Source: Octopus vulgaris
Lineage: Eukaryota
Assembly (NCBI GenBank): GCA_951406725.2
Contig: OX597834.1
Location: forward strand, 30,132,001 to 30,196,000
Reading direction: 5' to 3'
DNA length: 64,000 nt
The position numbers were made by a program, and so were the translations under genes. The notes under the pieces are model-generated. The model was given only the letters and a program-made list of their open reading frames with translations, was not told the origin of the DNA and did no database searches. Numbering within the stretch: position 1 is the stretch's first letter; each line of letters starts with the position of its first letter. Positions 1 to 14,734 of this stretch are shown here, one piece after another.

Positions 1-155
1 AGAAGGTTTTGGTTGGCCTGAGACTATGGTAGAAGAAACTTGCCCAAGGTGTCATGCAGTGGGACTGAACCTGAAACAAACTTCTTACTTTCCAACCATT
101 CCTGTGCTTCTTCTTTGATTCCATTTTAACTTTGTTTCTCGTATTTTCTTTGCAG

Positions 156-368
156 ACAATTCCTCATTTTGCGAGGAGCCTCTGACACCTGTCAATGGCC
201 TTATGACACTCGATACAACGCCAGACAATCCTAACAAAATTGAACCAGGAACTCATGCTATATATTCTTGTAAACCTGGGTATTCTCTACATGGGAAAAA
301 AAGAATGAGATGTGGTGACAATGGCAGATGGGAAGGTGATACCCCCAGGTGTATGTTCTTCTACCCAG
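156..368 (+). CDS. Gene A internal exon: Sushi/CCP domain (DNSSFCEEPLTPVNG...YSCKPGYSLHGKKRMRCGDNGRWEGDTPRCMFFYP)
   Basis: Acceptor ttttctttgcag|AC and donor CCAG|gtaaca, phase 1-1. Canonical CCP pattern C..P.NG..Y.C.PGY.L.G...C..G.W....P.C. Confidence 0.93.
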
Positions 369-1043
369 GTAACATTCTAGAATGCCTAGCAACAAATAGT
401 TGTAGGTTTTAATTGAATGGGCCCCTAATTATTATTTATATTTTTTGGCAATCCCTTTTTTTTTTTTGAAAAAAAAGAAAACAAGCATCATCACCCCCAC
501 CTCTCCTCTTCCCTGCCCCCGTTTGTTTTTGTTTTTTTATTTCTTTTATTTATTTTTTAAAATCAATTTGTTGACTTGTTAATCCAAAAGAATGAAAGTG
601 AATTTACCAAAATTAAGCTTCTAACGAGTATTTCAGTGCTTTGTAAAGAAAAAAAAAAACAAGTTAAAAGTCCAGACTAAACAGTTTACAAGTTTTTATA
701 TTTTATTTTTTGATGTTTTATTTTTAGTTTGAGTTAAAAGCCTATCATGTTATTCTTGTTTCAGTTGTTGAATTGTTGTGTGGCTATGCTGGAGCACTGC
801 CTACAGGGATATTTTAGGAGATTAAATTGACTGACTGCACCCCCTGCCCCATACGTCCATGCCAGCTCTGTATATATTTTTTTATTTTTAGATCACATAC
901 TTATGCAGTTGGTGTCTTTCTTTTTTGCTAAAATTTCCCCTCCCCCACCAAGACACAGGAATATAAATAAATCCACACCAGTTACCAATAGATGTGAAAT
1001 AAACCCAACGCATACAAACGTACATATAAATGTGTGTGTGTGG

Positions 1044-1090
<47 letters not shown>

Positions 1091-1100
1091 CAATTATACA

Positions 1101-1496
1101 CGCTGTGTGGTAAGTACCTTGCTACCAACCACATGGTTCCAGGTTCAGTCCCACTGCATGGCATCTAGGGCAAGTGTCTTCTGCTATAGCCCCGGGCCGA
1201 CCAATGCCTTGTGAGTGGATTTGGTAGACGGAAACTGAAAGAAGCCCGTCGTATATATGTATATATATGTGCGTGTGTGTGTTTGCGTGTCTGTGTTTGT
1301 CCCCCTAGCATTGCTTGACAACCGATGCTGATGTGTTTACGTCCCCGTCACTTAGCGGTTCGGCAAAAGAGACCGATAGGATAAGTACTGGGCTTACAAA
1401 GAATAAGTCCCGGGATCGATTTGCTCGACTAAAGGCGGTGCTCCAGCATGGCCGCAGTCAAATGACTGAAACAAGTAAAAGACTAAAAGACTAAAA
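1101..1496 (+). mobile_element. tRNA-derived SINE, family A (internal TA/TG microsatellite, GTAAAAGA-like tail)
   Basis: Closely similar to copies at 22860, 44234 and 54906; A/B-box-like GGCTGTGTGGTAAG...GGTTCAGTCCC head. Confidence 0.85.
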
Positions 1497-1860
1497 AAAG
1501 ACATATAAAAACACACATCTATATATATATATGAATCTATACAAGATGATGGAATAGACAGGCCTTAATTACAAATTACAACATTTGTTTCTGTGATGTA
1601 GGGCCAGCTGCAAGTTGCTGAGTTTTCAGTCTCACACTTTTATTTTTTTTACTTGTGTCAGCTATTAGACTGTGGTCATACTGGGGCACTGCCTTGAAGG
1701 GTTTTGATTGAATGAATCATCCCAGGACTTAGTCTATCAGTTGCTTTCATTGAACTGCTAAGATACAGGGATGTAAACACACCAACACCAATTGTCAAGT
1801 GGTGGTGGTGGTGGGGGACAAGCACAGACACAAAGACATACACACAGATATACATATATG

Positions 1861-1900
<40 letters not shown>

Positions 1901-1904
1901 ACAA

Positions 1905-2460
1905 ATCAAAATAGATGAACATCAATGGAATTTGTATCTTTGTGGTACCATTGCCGGTGGCACACAAGAAAATCATCCGAACGTGGCCGTAGCCAGTACC
2001 GCATAGACTGGCCTCCGTGCTTTGGGGACGTAACAAACACCATCCGATCGTGGCCGTCCGCCAGCCTCATCTGGCACCTGTGTCGGTGGCACATAAAAAC
2101 ACCATCCGAGCGTGGCCGTCTGCCAGCCTCGTCTGGCACCTGTGTCGGTGGCACATAAAAACACCATCCGAGCGTGGCCGTCTGCCAGCCCCGTCTGGCA
2201 CCTGTGTCGGTGGCACATAAAAACACCATCCGAGCGTGGCCGTTCGCCAGCCTCGTCTGGCACCTGTGTCGGTGGCACATAAAATCACCCACTACACTCT
2301 CGGAGTGGTTGGCGTTAGGAAGGGCATCCAGCTGTAGAAACACTGCCAGATCTGACTGGCCTGGTGCAGCCTTCGGGCTCCCCAGACCCCAGTTGAACCG
2401 TCCAACCCATGCTAGCATGGAAAACGGACGCTAAATGATGATGATGATGATGATGATGAT
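1905..2460 (+). mobile_element. RTE LINE 3'UTR fragment with about 5-6 tandem ~60-bp units and (GAT)n tail, nested in a minus-strand family A SINE (1645-1840 + 2461-2615)
   Basis: The same sequence continues the RTE ORF at 18790-20030. Unit ggcacctgtgtcggtggcacataaaaacaccatccgagcgtggccgtctgccagcctcgtct. Confidence 0.8.
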
Positions 2461-2651
2461 AGGCTTCTTTCAGTTTCCATCAACCAAATCTACTCACAAT
2501 GCTTTTGTTGCCCCAAGGCTGTAGTAGAAGACACTTGCTCAAGGTACCATGCTGAGAAATTGAACGTGGAACCATGCAGTTGGGAAACAAGCTTCTTATC
2601 ACACAAGCACACCTGCACATATGTATATATATATATTATATATATATATAT

Positions 2652-2652
<1 letters not shown>

Positions 2653-2692
<40 letters not shown>

Positions 2693-2970
2693 TAGCGTCC
2701 GTTTTCCTTGCTAGCATGGGTTGGACGGTTCAACTGGGGTCTGTGAAGCTGGAAGGCTTCATCAGGCCCAGTCAGATCTGGCAGTGTTTCTACGGCTGGA
2801 TGCCCTTCTTAACGCCAACCACTCCGTGAGTGTAGTGGGTGCTTTTTACGTGCCACCCGCACAGGTGCCAGACAGAGCTGGCAAACGGCCACGAACGGAT
2901 GGTGCTTTTACGTGTCACCGGCACGGGGGCCAGGCGAGGCTGGCAACGGACACAAACGGATGGTGCTTAC
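2653..2970 (-). mobile_element. RTE LINE 3'UTR fragment, inverted relative to 1905-2460
   Basis: (CAT)n followed by ttagcgtccgtttt...gctagcatgggttggacgg. Confidence 0.8.
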
Positions 2971-4041
2971 ATATAGTAGGATGATGAAAAAACTTGCTCA
3001 ATGTGTGATGCAGTGAATTAACCATATTGTTACAAAGCAAATTTCTTATCTGCACAGCCATTCATGTTTTTCATTCAGTGGCTATCAGTATGTATAAACA
3101 ACAGAGATCATTAAATAGACCCTCGCTCGGAAGCGGGAGAGGGTTGATAACAGGAAGGGCAACCAAACAAGGGAAATTCTTGCCTCAACAAGTTCTGTCT
3201 GATCCATGTAAGCTTGGAAAAATGACTGTCATGATGATGATGATGATGACGATGTCAAAGAGACCAATAATGAAGAGAAAAAAAGAACAGCAACAACAAC
3301 AGCAACCTGTTAATAATCAAGACCAGAACAGGAATTTAAACAACCCAACCCCACCTCAAAAAAAAAAAGGGGTGGGTATGACAAAAACTACTGCCACCCT
3401 TCATGGAATGTATGAGTGTGTTTTTTTTTTTAATATTTCTTCATGAAAATTATGGGTTTTAAGTGATGAAACTTACTGAAGCAAGCAGAATTGATTTGAG
3501 AGTGTAGTGTTAAAAATAATGATGAGGGTTTGATGGGTTGATCGTTTTTTATGATTAAATGTTAGTGTTAACACATGTGGAGTACTTTCTTCCAGATCTG
3601 TTGGTTGTTTCATTCATTTGTGGAAAAGAAATTAAGCAATTAAATCATTCATTAATGGGGGAATGGAGGTAATTGTGTCTTTTAGTTTTTTTGTGGGTGG
3701 GTAGGTGGGGGTAATGGGAAAAGGTTTTCATTTTTTTTTGTTTTGAGAAAATTATATATTATTTAATGGGATAAGAATTCCTTTGCAAGGTATTAGGTGT
3801 ATTGGTGGGACATTCTATTTTGCATGTTATGAGTGAGTGTAATTAGTGAATTTTGAATATAAATATATATACTGTGGAGAGAGGGAGATAGAGCGAGTGA
3901 GAGAGAGAGAATGATCTTTGGAAAATATAAAGTACTGAAACACCTTGTAAAATTGTAAAGTATTTATTAACATAAGTATGTATGTATATATATATATATA
4001 TTACATATATATGTATGCATATATATATGTGTGTGAGTGTG

Positions 4042-4073
<32 letters not shown>

Positions 4074-5818
4074 TATATATATGCATATATATATTAATGT
4101 ATACATGCTTATACATCCATATATATGTATATATTCATTAGATTCTATTTTTGCATGTATAAATATGTGTAACACTTTGTAATTTCATTTTCATTCAATC
4201 AACAAGTCAACAATAATCAACATCCTCTGCCTTTCCCTTTCCATGCCATGCCCACCCTGTATGATGCCAAACTCCTGACTCTGTGATATTAGTACCATTT
4301 AAACCATTTGCAATGAATTAACAACCCCTTTCCTACTCCTGCATCATCCAGAATATCACCATCACCACCACCACCACCATCTCCCTCCCAGAAAATTCTT
4401 AGCCTTTTTATTTTCTTTCTTTCTTTCCATATTTGGCGATCCTCTCCCCCTTCGTTAATTAAATATTGTTATGAAATCCCTGTATTGTTTTACCCTTATA
4501 TTTTTTGCTGGACATTCTACCCCCACCTCCTCTCTTCAGTCAAACACATTTTACATAGAATTTTATTTTTAATCTTGCATTTTGTTTATAAAAACACAAC
4601 CTGTATTTCTCATTTGTAAATATGTATATATATGTGTCATATACATAAATATATGTATGTATATATGTGGATATATATATATATATATACACACACATAC
4701 ATATGGTATTATATATATTATATAGATAGATAGATAGATATATATTAGTATTAATAAAATCTAGAAAATATATATGTATTTTATGCATTTTAAAACATAC
4801 ACATGTTTCATCAAATTACTGCCAGGATTACATAATTACTTGTTGAAACAAATGATATTCAGTGTTTAGGAAAAGATACCAAAAACATGGAAGAGACAAA
4901 TTTACAAGATTATATTATGGTTCAACAAGCAATTATGTCATCCTGACTGTAATTTGCTGAAATGTATATATGAAACATGTGTATGCTTAAAATGCTATAT
5001 GTCTTCCATATTTTATTATTACTATTACATCGCTCATATTCCACACACTACCCTATACTGTGGTTTGATGCCCACATCATACCACTCTGGATACAAAAGT
5101 GTAGGACCTACTGCAGAGCCCAAATTTCAGTTACATGTTATGCTTTGCAGTTCATATATATTTTAGATGTATAATAGATATATATATAATATAAAATATT
5201 GAAACAGAAAAGTGGAAACATTTTTTGTGGTATAATCTATTCCGCATTACATATGTTTCATTACTAATAGGGTTTACGTAGGTATATATGTAGACAAACA
5301 ATGTGAAATAAATAATACCAGAAAATTTTTCCAGTTTTCTGTTTTTATATGTAATTACTGTATGATAAGTATTTCCCAGTATTTAACAATATTCTTCAGT
5401 ACTTTCAACTCTCGTATGAAATATAGGATAAAAAGGTTAAAAATCCTTCCGGAATTGTTTCGACACATTGGACCAGTTTCGTGCTTTCCATGGTGTATAT
5501 ATTCTCCACTTGGATGGGATGCTAGTCCCTCATAAGAATTACTCACTTTTGCCAGCTGAATGGATTGGAACAACGTGGAATGAAGTGTTTTGCAAAGAAC
5601 ACAATCAAAACCACAATTTAATAATCATGAGTCCGGCACTCTAACCACTAAGCCACAGCACTTCCATATGAAATATAACATAAAGAAATATACTTTGGAA
5701 TACTGAAATCTACAAACATGCTTCATGAGGGCACAGCTTGGATTATAACCCTTTCTACATACTATAATATATATAATATATACATGTGTATAATATACAT
5801 TTGCGTATACATACAGAC

Positions 5819-5849
<31 letters not shown>

Positions 5850-5927
5850 AATATATACATATATATATATATGTATGTGCATATATATATATGTGCATAT
5901 ATATATATACATATATATATGTGCATC

Positions 5928-5958
<31 letters not shown>

Positions 5959-6109
5959 ATACACATATATATATAATAAACACATATAAGCATATATTTA
6001 TATATATATATATACATATATACATATATATATATAATAAACACATATAAGCATATATATATAAATATATACATACATATATATATATAATACATATACA
6101 TATATATAC

Positions 6110-6150
<41 letters not shown>

Positions 6151-6881
6151 CGCAAAACCTTTCCTCCATCTGATATCCTTTCCTATCTGCATTGTATATC
6201 CCATCACTGAGACTTTCAAACCATGATCTGTAATGTTTTCCTTGAATGAAACCTTGAATGCTATCATCCATGCTTTCTGTCTGTCTGTCTTTCTTTCTAT
6301 CTTTTTTTTGTTTGTTTATTTGTTCTGTACACCCTTCCTGTATTGTAATAATAAAATGCCATACTGTATAATAATAATAATAATAATATCAAATGAATTT
6401 ATTCAGATTATATTTCAGGAACTGGTTATGAAAGAAGTTTTTCCAGATGAAAAATGGTTGACATGTTTATATATATATATACATATATATATATACATAT
6501 ATAAAAAACAAAAATTTTTAATGCGTTTTCATGTTGTCATACAGAACTTTTAAAAAAATTATAATTTATGGAGATTGATGTAATAATTCAGAAAGATATA
6601 TACATAATAGGGGGAGTGCAATGAGACGTCTGATAAAATGTGGATTGACTGTGTGTTACTTTATTACATATCACATCGCATTCTTCTTAATGTATGATAA
6701 TAATAATAATAAGGATGATGATGATAATGATAATAAGGATGAAAATGATGATAAATGGTTATGCTATTACATTGATTAATGATACTGTAAATTAATTGAT
6801 ATTCTTACAATTGTATACAGCAGACAATTTCTGGGATTGGTTGTGTCTTTGTTTTTTTCTTCTTTCACAGACAAGTGAGAG

Positions 6882-6973
<92 letters not shown>

Positions 6974-7684
6974 TGTAAGTAAGAAAGAGAGATTAAGAAA
7001 ATAGAAGTAGATATGGAATTCTGCTATCATTTTTATGTTTTATTTTTTAATTTTCTTTCCATTATTAACTCATTTACACATCCATAAACGTGTGTGTGTG
7101 TGTGTTTGCGTGCGTGCAAGCGTGTTTGGTTTCTTTTTCCATTGTGATATTTGAATTTGAATATAAAAGATCTGAGATGATATTTGAAGATTAGTTATTG
7201 AGATGTATATACTGCTCTTTTATGTTTTAATTATTATCATAGAGTGTATATATGTATTTGCATGTATATTATAAATAAATATATATGTGTGTGTGTACAT
7301 ATGTCTGTATGTATGTACATACATTTTGATAGAATTTTTGTTACATTTAAGGCACCTAAGGTTTCCTGTTAATGGGACTCAGCACTTTTTTCAGTCAGAG
7401 TTAAAAATACAAGTGACACACCACCATGAAAGCAGACAAGCATGGCAGAGTGTCATTCGTATACTTTGGATCCCAGTTGAAAAGCTGTTGATATCTATCA
7501 ACAGGAAAACTTAGGTACCAGGGACATAACAAAAAATATATTAAAAGACAAATTGTCTATCCATCTCTCCTGTATTGAGAACTCACTTTTCCATTTCATT
7601 ACTATTATGTGTGTGTGTGTGTAAATATAAATGCGTATATATGTATTATTGTTACAGTTGTTATGTTTGATGTGTGTTTGTGTA

Positions 7685-8760
7685 TATCAGCTCATCCCAT
7701 GAGTAATGTCCGGATTTTAAATGCAGAAAACAAGTGATCAAATCTTATATTTTAATGAAACTTAATCGTCAATATAGTTTCCGTGATTACCAATGACATC
7801 TTTCCATCTACTCATAAGCTTTTTAATCCCATTAGTGAAAAACTCTTTCGGTTTCAAAGAGAAGAACTCTGAAAGGTCAGTTTCGACTACCTCAGTTGTT
7901 TTGAGAGTTAATCCATCCAAATTATTCTGTAAACTATGGAGCAAATGATAATCTGAAGGCACAAGGCCTGGGGAATGAAGTGGATGTGCAATTTTCTCCC
8001 AGCCAATTTCCTCGATCTTCTGTGACATGATCTTTGCCATGTGGGATTTTGTATTGTCCTGATGAAACACCACTCTCTTTCAATTCACTAAACAGGCCGT
8101 TTTTTTCTTCAGAGCACTGTTCAAATGCTCTAGTTGCTGACAGTAGATCTGAGCATTGATTATTGCATTAGTTGGTAGCAACACAAAGTGGATGACTCCT
8201 TTGCTATCTCACTAAACAGAGAAGAACCTTCTTCACATGGAGTTCCCTTTTCAGTTGTGGTTGAGCCTTTTCCCCTTCATCAAGCCAATGTTTACGATAC
8301 CTAACATTTTGATAAAAGACCAAGTTTTCACCACCGGTCACCAGTCTGTCCAAAAAAGGCAAGGTGAGTTCACAAGAATGAAGAGAAGAGCAGGTGTCCT
8401 CTCAGAATTTGAAAATGGCTTCAGACAAATCATGAAGCACCCATTTTCCAAATTTTGGGATCTTTCCAAGCTGTTGAAGATGGCAGTGAACAGTTGAATG
8501 TCTTGAATGAAGCTTGCTTGCCAATTCTTCAACTGAAACTGCATTATCTTTTTCAAATTCTGCCAAAACAAGTTTGTCATGAAACTCAGTTGGATGTACT
8601 GTTTGGGCCTCATCTTCAAGGCTGAAATCTCCACTTCTGAATTTTACAAATCATCTTCTGCATGTTCTTTCATTCAGGCACTCTTCTCCATAAGCTAAGT
8701 GAATATTTCAAGTCGCTTTAGCTGCAGAGTTCTCATTTTTAAACTCATAAAGCATTATGT
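7685..8760 (-). mobile_element. Degenerate mariner transposase (DD34D-type)
   Basis: ORF 7762-8073 has HQDN...H and HPLHSPGLVPSDYHL (variant of the mariner YSPDLAP-SD motif); upstream part is frameshifted. Confidence 0.88.
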
Positions 8761-11501
8761 GTGTATGTATGTGCATGTATCCGTCTGTGTATATGTCTAT
8801 GTGTACATATCTTTATATATATTTTTAGTTATGTTAATAAGTAGCTATTTGCATATTTATGAAGGTATGTATCTTTTGTTTCTCTATTTTTTTGTTTAGC
8901 AACTAATTAAAAGCTTGATTACTAATGAGGTGATAAGGTCTGTTCTACCTTGAGCCAAGAAAGCTCCCAGCTTTTTTTAGCTTTGTGTGTATGTGTGTGT
9001 GCATGTGCTTGCATGTATGTATGGATGTATGTATGCATGTATGTATGTACACATGTATTATGTATGCAAGTATGTGTGTATGTATATGGTAGGTACATAT
9101 TTATATATGAATAATCATGTATGTATGTAGACGTATATGTGCTAAGTGAGTGTAAGTGCTTCCACTGTAAAATTCTCTTGAAGATCTCTGAAATATTTTA
9201 CAGATTTTCATTGTACCATTAACTGGTAAAATTTTTATGGTTTTAGTCAGTCTTTGCTGAGTATTTTTTTTTTTTTCTCTCTGAAGAACCTGTTGCAGTG
9301 TTTCCAGAGATTTCTATGAGCTTAACATAAATAATACCCCCATAGCTCCTCCACAACTCAACACATCTGTCTCTACTGCTTCCATCATACATTCACCTCT
9401 CATCACCCCATATTCCCTCTTAAGTAATATGGCTCTTTAGTCTTGCAAGCTACAAGGAAACCTCACTAGTGCTGGTGCTATGAAAGAATCACCTAGTGAC
9501 TCCTCTCTGAAAAGTGTTTGACATCAGGAGGGGCATCCAGCTGTAGAAACCATGGTAAAACTGAGATACTGGAACAATATGTGGTCCTTTGATCTGTTAG
9601 ATCTTGTCTAATTGTCAAACCCATGCCAGCATGGAAAACAGTCATAGAAATGATTATAATGGCAATGAGGGGAGATGAGTCATTTTCCTGTTTAATAGTA
9701 GATAATGTTGTTAATTTCAATTTCAATTTATTTCATGAGGTGTTCAAGTCCCAGTTGCACGACTGCAGCCTGGACAATGGAGCAGGTCCACTAATGTGTC
9801 ATTGGAACTGTGTTAACGACAGGGTTGCAATCAGATTATGAACATTTTGACACCTCATGAAATAGATTTAAATTTAAATTCAATTTAACTGTTTTGTGTG
9901 AGTAAATGGCTAGAATGACTCAACCACAATCATCATCAGCCTAATTTTTACAACTGATTTTCTATGCTGTCATTGGTTGGAAGGATCCAACAAATCAATA
10001 GATTATGTCTTGCTCTAATGCAGACATGGGCAACCTTTTTCAAGAAGTCAGTGACATAAGACATGGCTTATCATCAGTTAGGCTGCACTAATAAGAAAAT
10101 TCCAGTTAATTCTTTATTCAGAGAGTCTCGCCAAATGCATGTTGTGCATCATTGCTCAAGGGTCTCAGTTATGGACATGGTTTCTATGGCAGGATGCCCT
10201 TTCTAATGCCAACAACTTTACAGAGTGGACTTAGTACTTCCTGGTGAGGTCCCCATACAGTTTGCAAGACTACAGAATCATCTTGCCTCAGAGGAAGTGT
10301 AGAAGATAAATGGATCACTTTATGCAAGGCGTTTTGAGTGTGATTTTATAGCTGGAACAGCTCGTCTGTGATGTATCAGCTTCAGTTTTAATACCATCCC
10401 AGACCAAACCACTTGCAAGACAACAAATACAGCTTTTTTTAAAAAATTCCATAATTAATAGAAAATCAGTATAATCCTTTACCATTCCCAGCGTAGAGGA
10501 GCATTTTAAATGCCTTTGCCTTATTCATTACCAAGAGAGCTCCACTTTTCCAGGCTACATCTTAACCAATCTTTAATGTCGACCCACCCAAAACAGTTCT
10601 TGGTTCCATTATATAAAACTTCTCATTGTAAAATATTCACATCTGTACAAAAACATCCATCCATCCATCCATTCACCCATTATTCCAAGAAGGGCTATGG
10701 TGGGGAACAGTCCTCAAGCACCCCACCTCCATAGGGTCCTATTAGAAGCAACCCTCATTACACTTTCTGGCTGGGTTCCTTAGTGTGACCAATGGATATA
10801 TAATTCAACCATCTCAACCTCGGTCCACCCCTAGATGTCCTCCTACCAGTTGGTTCAGCTTAAAGAATCTATCTTGCGATTCTTTCCTGCTACACTCATT
10901 CCAATCTTGTCCATAGCACTGGAACTGTGACCTCTCAATACAAAGTATAAAAACAACCTTTTCTTTAAGCGATGTTCCAAATGTTCATAATGAAAAACTT
11001 GTTTTACTAAACCTCTTGAATTTCTTTGTTTCAAAATCAATTAAAGCAATTAAGTAGTGTGTTTCATTAAAATATGGTTGTAAAATGGTAAAAAGATAAA
11101 TATAATATATACTACCTTCCTACATTACAGACTGAAATTGGAGAACATATATTGTTCTGTTTTATTATTATTATTTATTGCCTAAAGAACTCCACCCTAT
11201 TTTTCAAGGACTCTACAGCTTAAACATTTGGTAACCTATCCAAAGATATTAGTAATTATAGGTCCAAATATACAACCAAAATCAGGAAACAGTATATGTG
11301 TCTTTGTAACTATGTATGTATTTATGTGTGCCTGGGGAATCCAAGGGAAAAACAAACAAAACAAGAACAAAGAAAAAAATAAGCCCAATTCTTTAAATTG
11401 CTTTTTTAAGTGTGTGTGTGTGTGTGTGCGTGCGCACATGTGAGTGAGTGTATATGTAAGCAACTAGTTCGGAAATATTATTTTACTGTTGTTTCTTCCA
11501 G

Positions 11502-11701
11502 ATGCCAAAAAGTGTACGGACCCAGGTACACCAGAAAATGGTCACCGAGCAGTATCAGATTCTTCATTTGGTTTGAATACAGTTGTTACATTTTACTGCA
11601 ATCCAGGATATACTTTATTTGGAAAGGAAAAGATAACTTGTTCGTCTAATTTTATGTGGTTGTACCCCAAACCTAAATGTATCGCCTTTGTCATGGGATA
11701 G
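11502..11701 (+). CDS. Gene A terminal coding exon: Sushi/CCP domain (DAKKCTDPGTPENG...FYCNPGYTLFGKEKITCSSNFMWLYPKPKCIAFVMG*)
   Basis: Acceptor gtttcttccag|AT, phase 1 and compatible with exon 156-368. Four CCP cysteines plus Trp; TAG at 11699-11701. Confidence 0.9.
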
Positions 11702-11849
11702 GGGTCGCTTGCGTTTTTGTTTACTGTTTCTCTTTTTTGTTTTTTACTCTCTGAATCTTTCTTTTCTTTAAAATGAGAAGTAATATTTTGTAAGATTTCT
11801 TTTTTAAGTTTATGTTATGTAATGAAAGTAAAATGGAAATTATAAATAT

Positions 11850-12508
<659 letters not shown>

Positions 12509-12980
12509 CTGGAGATACATTGAATGTTTATACTCTTAATGATAATAAAACAAATTTAATTTTAATATTAATATTAACGAGTTCTTATTTATACCAAAGA
12601 CACAAGTTCATATCAGAGATTAATATGATTGGTTGATGTTTTGATGTTGATGTCTTTCTGTGTTACAGTTCTATATTTAAGAGATGAGAATTACGTATTA
12701 ATTACATTCGATGGATATTTGTCCTCATCTTGTTTGTTGTTAACACAACATTTCGGCTGATATACCTTCCAAGCCTTCTTCACATGTCTTGGGGAAATTT
12801 TAAACCTGGGTTCTCATTCTGTTATTATTATTGTTCAGGTCACTGCTTGGGATCGAACTCGGAATCTTGGGGTTAGTAGCCCGTGTTCTTAGCCACTACA
12901 TGATATGCCCATGGATATATGGCTTAGTGGTTTGATTACAGGCAGTGACCTGAACAACAACAACAACAGCAGCAGCAGCA

Positions 12981-13011
<31 letters not shown>

Positions 13012-13179
13012 TGTTTCTTAAAGGAGGGACATATTCATACAGCACGGAATGTTGTTTACCTAAATGGACTCCAGCGATTGGTTAAAGTTGCCGAAATGCT
13101 CGAAATTTCAGACGAAATATTTTACAACCTATAGAATTTTCTCAATAAAGCCAAGAAAAAATGATGTTTTATAAACACA

Positions 13180-13589
13180 CTAGCAGCATAGTCCGGCGTT
13201 GCCAGGTACGTAAAAGAGCCCCTAGCAGGCAACGACTAATCCCAATCTAGTCCTTTCCCTCTAGGGAACGAAGGCGCATGTGTAGGTTACTTCTGTGTAT
13301 ACGATATTCCTAGCTGTCCCTTTGGGTGATAAAAAGGTCGAGTTGTGTTCCCTAGACAGAAAATGTGTTGCATATAAAAAGCTTAGATTCTCGACCACAT
13401 GTCGAATTTATCGATTTTTTCAGAACTGGGGGAACTTTTCAAAATTTTCGCTGCGTTAGTTTTGAATTATGACATTGGGCTATGTGTGTGTCAAGTTTCA
13501 TCAGAATCGGTTGAAAGCCGTGGTCAGGGTGAGGGTACAACCTGACAGACACACAGACAGACAAACTGCCGTTTATATAGAGAAAGATT
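13180..13589 (+). mobile_element. Non-autonomous Helitron/Helentron (HINE-like) element
   Basis: 5' ctagcag...ccggcgttgcc, 3' caagtttcatcagaatcgg...(CAGA)n...tttatatagagaaagat. Architecture typical of DINE-1/HINE elements; apparently inserted into another repeat. Confidence 0.55.
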
Positions 13590-13679
13590 CTACCAGTATA
13601 CGAAGTTTAAAAGTGCTTAGCTAACTAGAAATTGTGTTGAAAAGTGCCGTTCAAAAGGAAAAGATCCAAGACTTCTTTT

Positions 13680-14320
13680 GTAACCCCCCCCCCCCACAAA
13701 AAAAACACCACTTTTTTAATTTAATTTTTTTTTCTACACAAATTCCTTTTTTTCGGCTAAGGAGAATACGAATCTGCAAAAAAAATTGGCATTTTTAATT
13801 ACCCCTCCTCACCCCGTAAATTCTTCGTTTTTCAGAATTTTTTTTCTTCAAAATATGCGGAAAAATACGGAAATTATGATTCTGAAAAAAAATTTCAAAA
13901 AAGTTTTCTACTTAGGGTTAGGGTTTTAGAGTTACAGTTAGGGTTATGAGCTTTTCCTTCGTAACGTTTATGAAAATGGGGGTTTTTTTCAATGAAAAAT
14001 TATAGAAATATCTTTCAAACGGCATACATTATGACTATAAAGTAATTTGTGGGGAAAATCTTGAGGTGGGGAGAGGACTTTCGGAAAATTCCCAAAATCC
14101 GAATTTTTCCTCGTTATATATCGAAATCACATTCACATTTCTACAGATACCCTAGCATACTACTACTACACTTCGTAGTGTTTATTTCTACCCACTTTCA
14201 ATAATTTTTAGTGTTTTGCCTTCAATTTTGTTTCATTTTCAATTATTTTTCTCGTTATTATTTTCTCTCAATCTCTATATATAGAGATCGATATATACAT
14301 ATATATATATATATATATAG

Positions 14321-14361
<41 letters not shown>

Positions 14362-14689
14362 TATATAGATAGATAGATATATATATATATATATATAGTA
14401 CAATGTGAGATAGGGGTTATGAGTGTAACCCACTATGGGACATCAGTTATCCAATATACTGCTGGTACAGCACCCAAATGGTAAATACATAAATGCTTAT
14501 AATTGCAATGCAATTAATTCATTTGTTGTATTAGATGGGCGAAGGTAAAAATATCTTACCTCAAATTCATAATACAAATAAGAAAATGGAGGAACAGATT
14601 CCTTTCAATCATTGACTTACCAATTCATATTATTTATTTACTAGCTACATAAATAGGAACATCCAAATGTTCCTCCATTTTCTTATTTG

Positions 14690-14734
<45 letters not shown>

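Noticed and set aside
1940-2285. Regularly spaced direct repeats resembling a CRISPR array
   Set aside because: The units are contiguous with no unique spacers, they belong to an RTE 3'UTR, the context is eukaryotic and there are no cas genes.
10400-11050. Possible LINE fragment (also at about 61190-61580)
   Set aside because: Too degenerate to assign a family from motifs by eye.
13911-13946. Telomere or chromosome-fusion site
   Set aside because: Only a few degenerate TTAGGG units inside a repeat.
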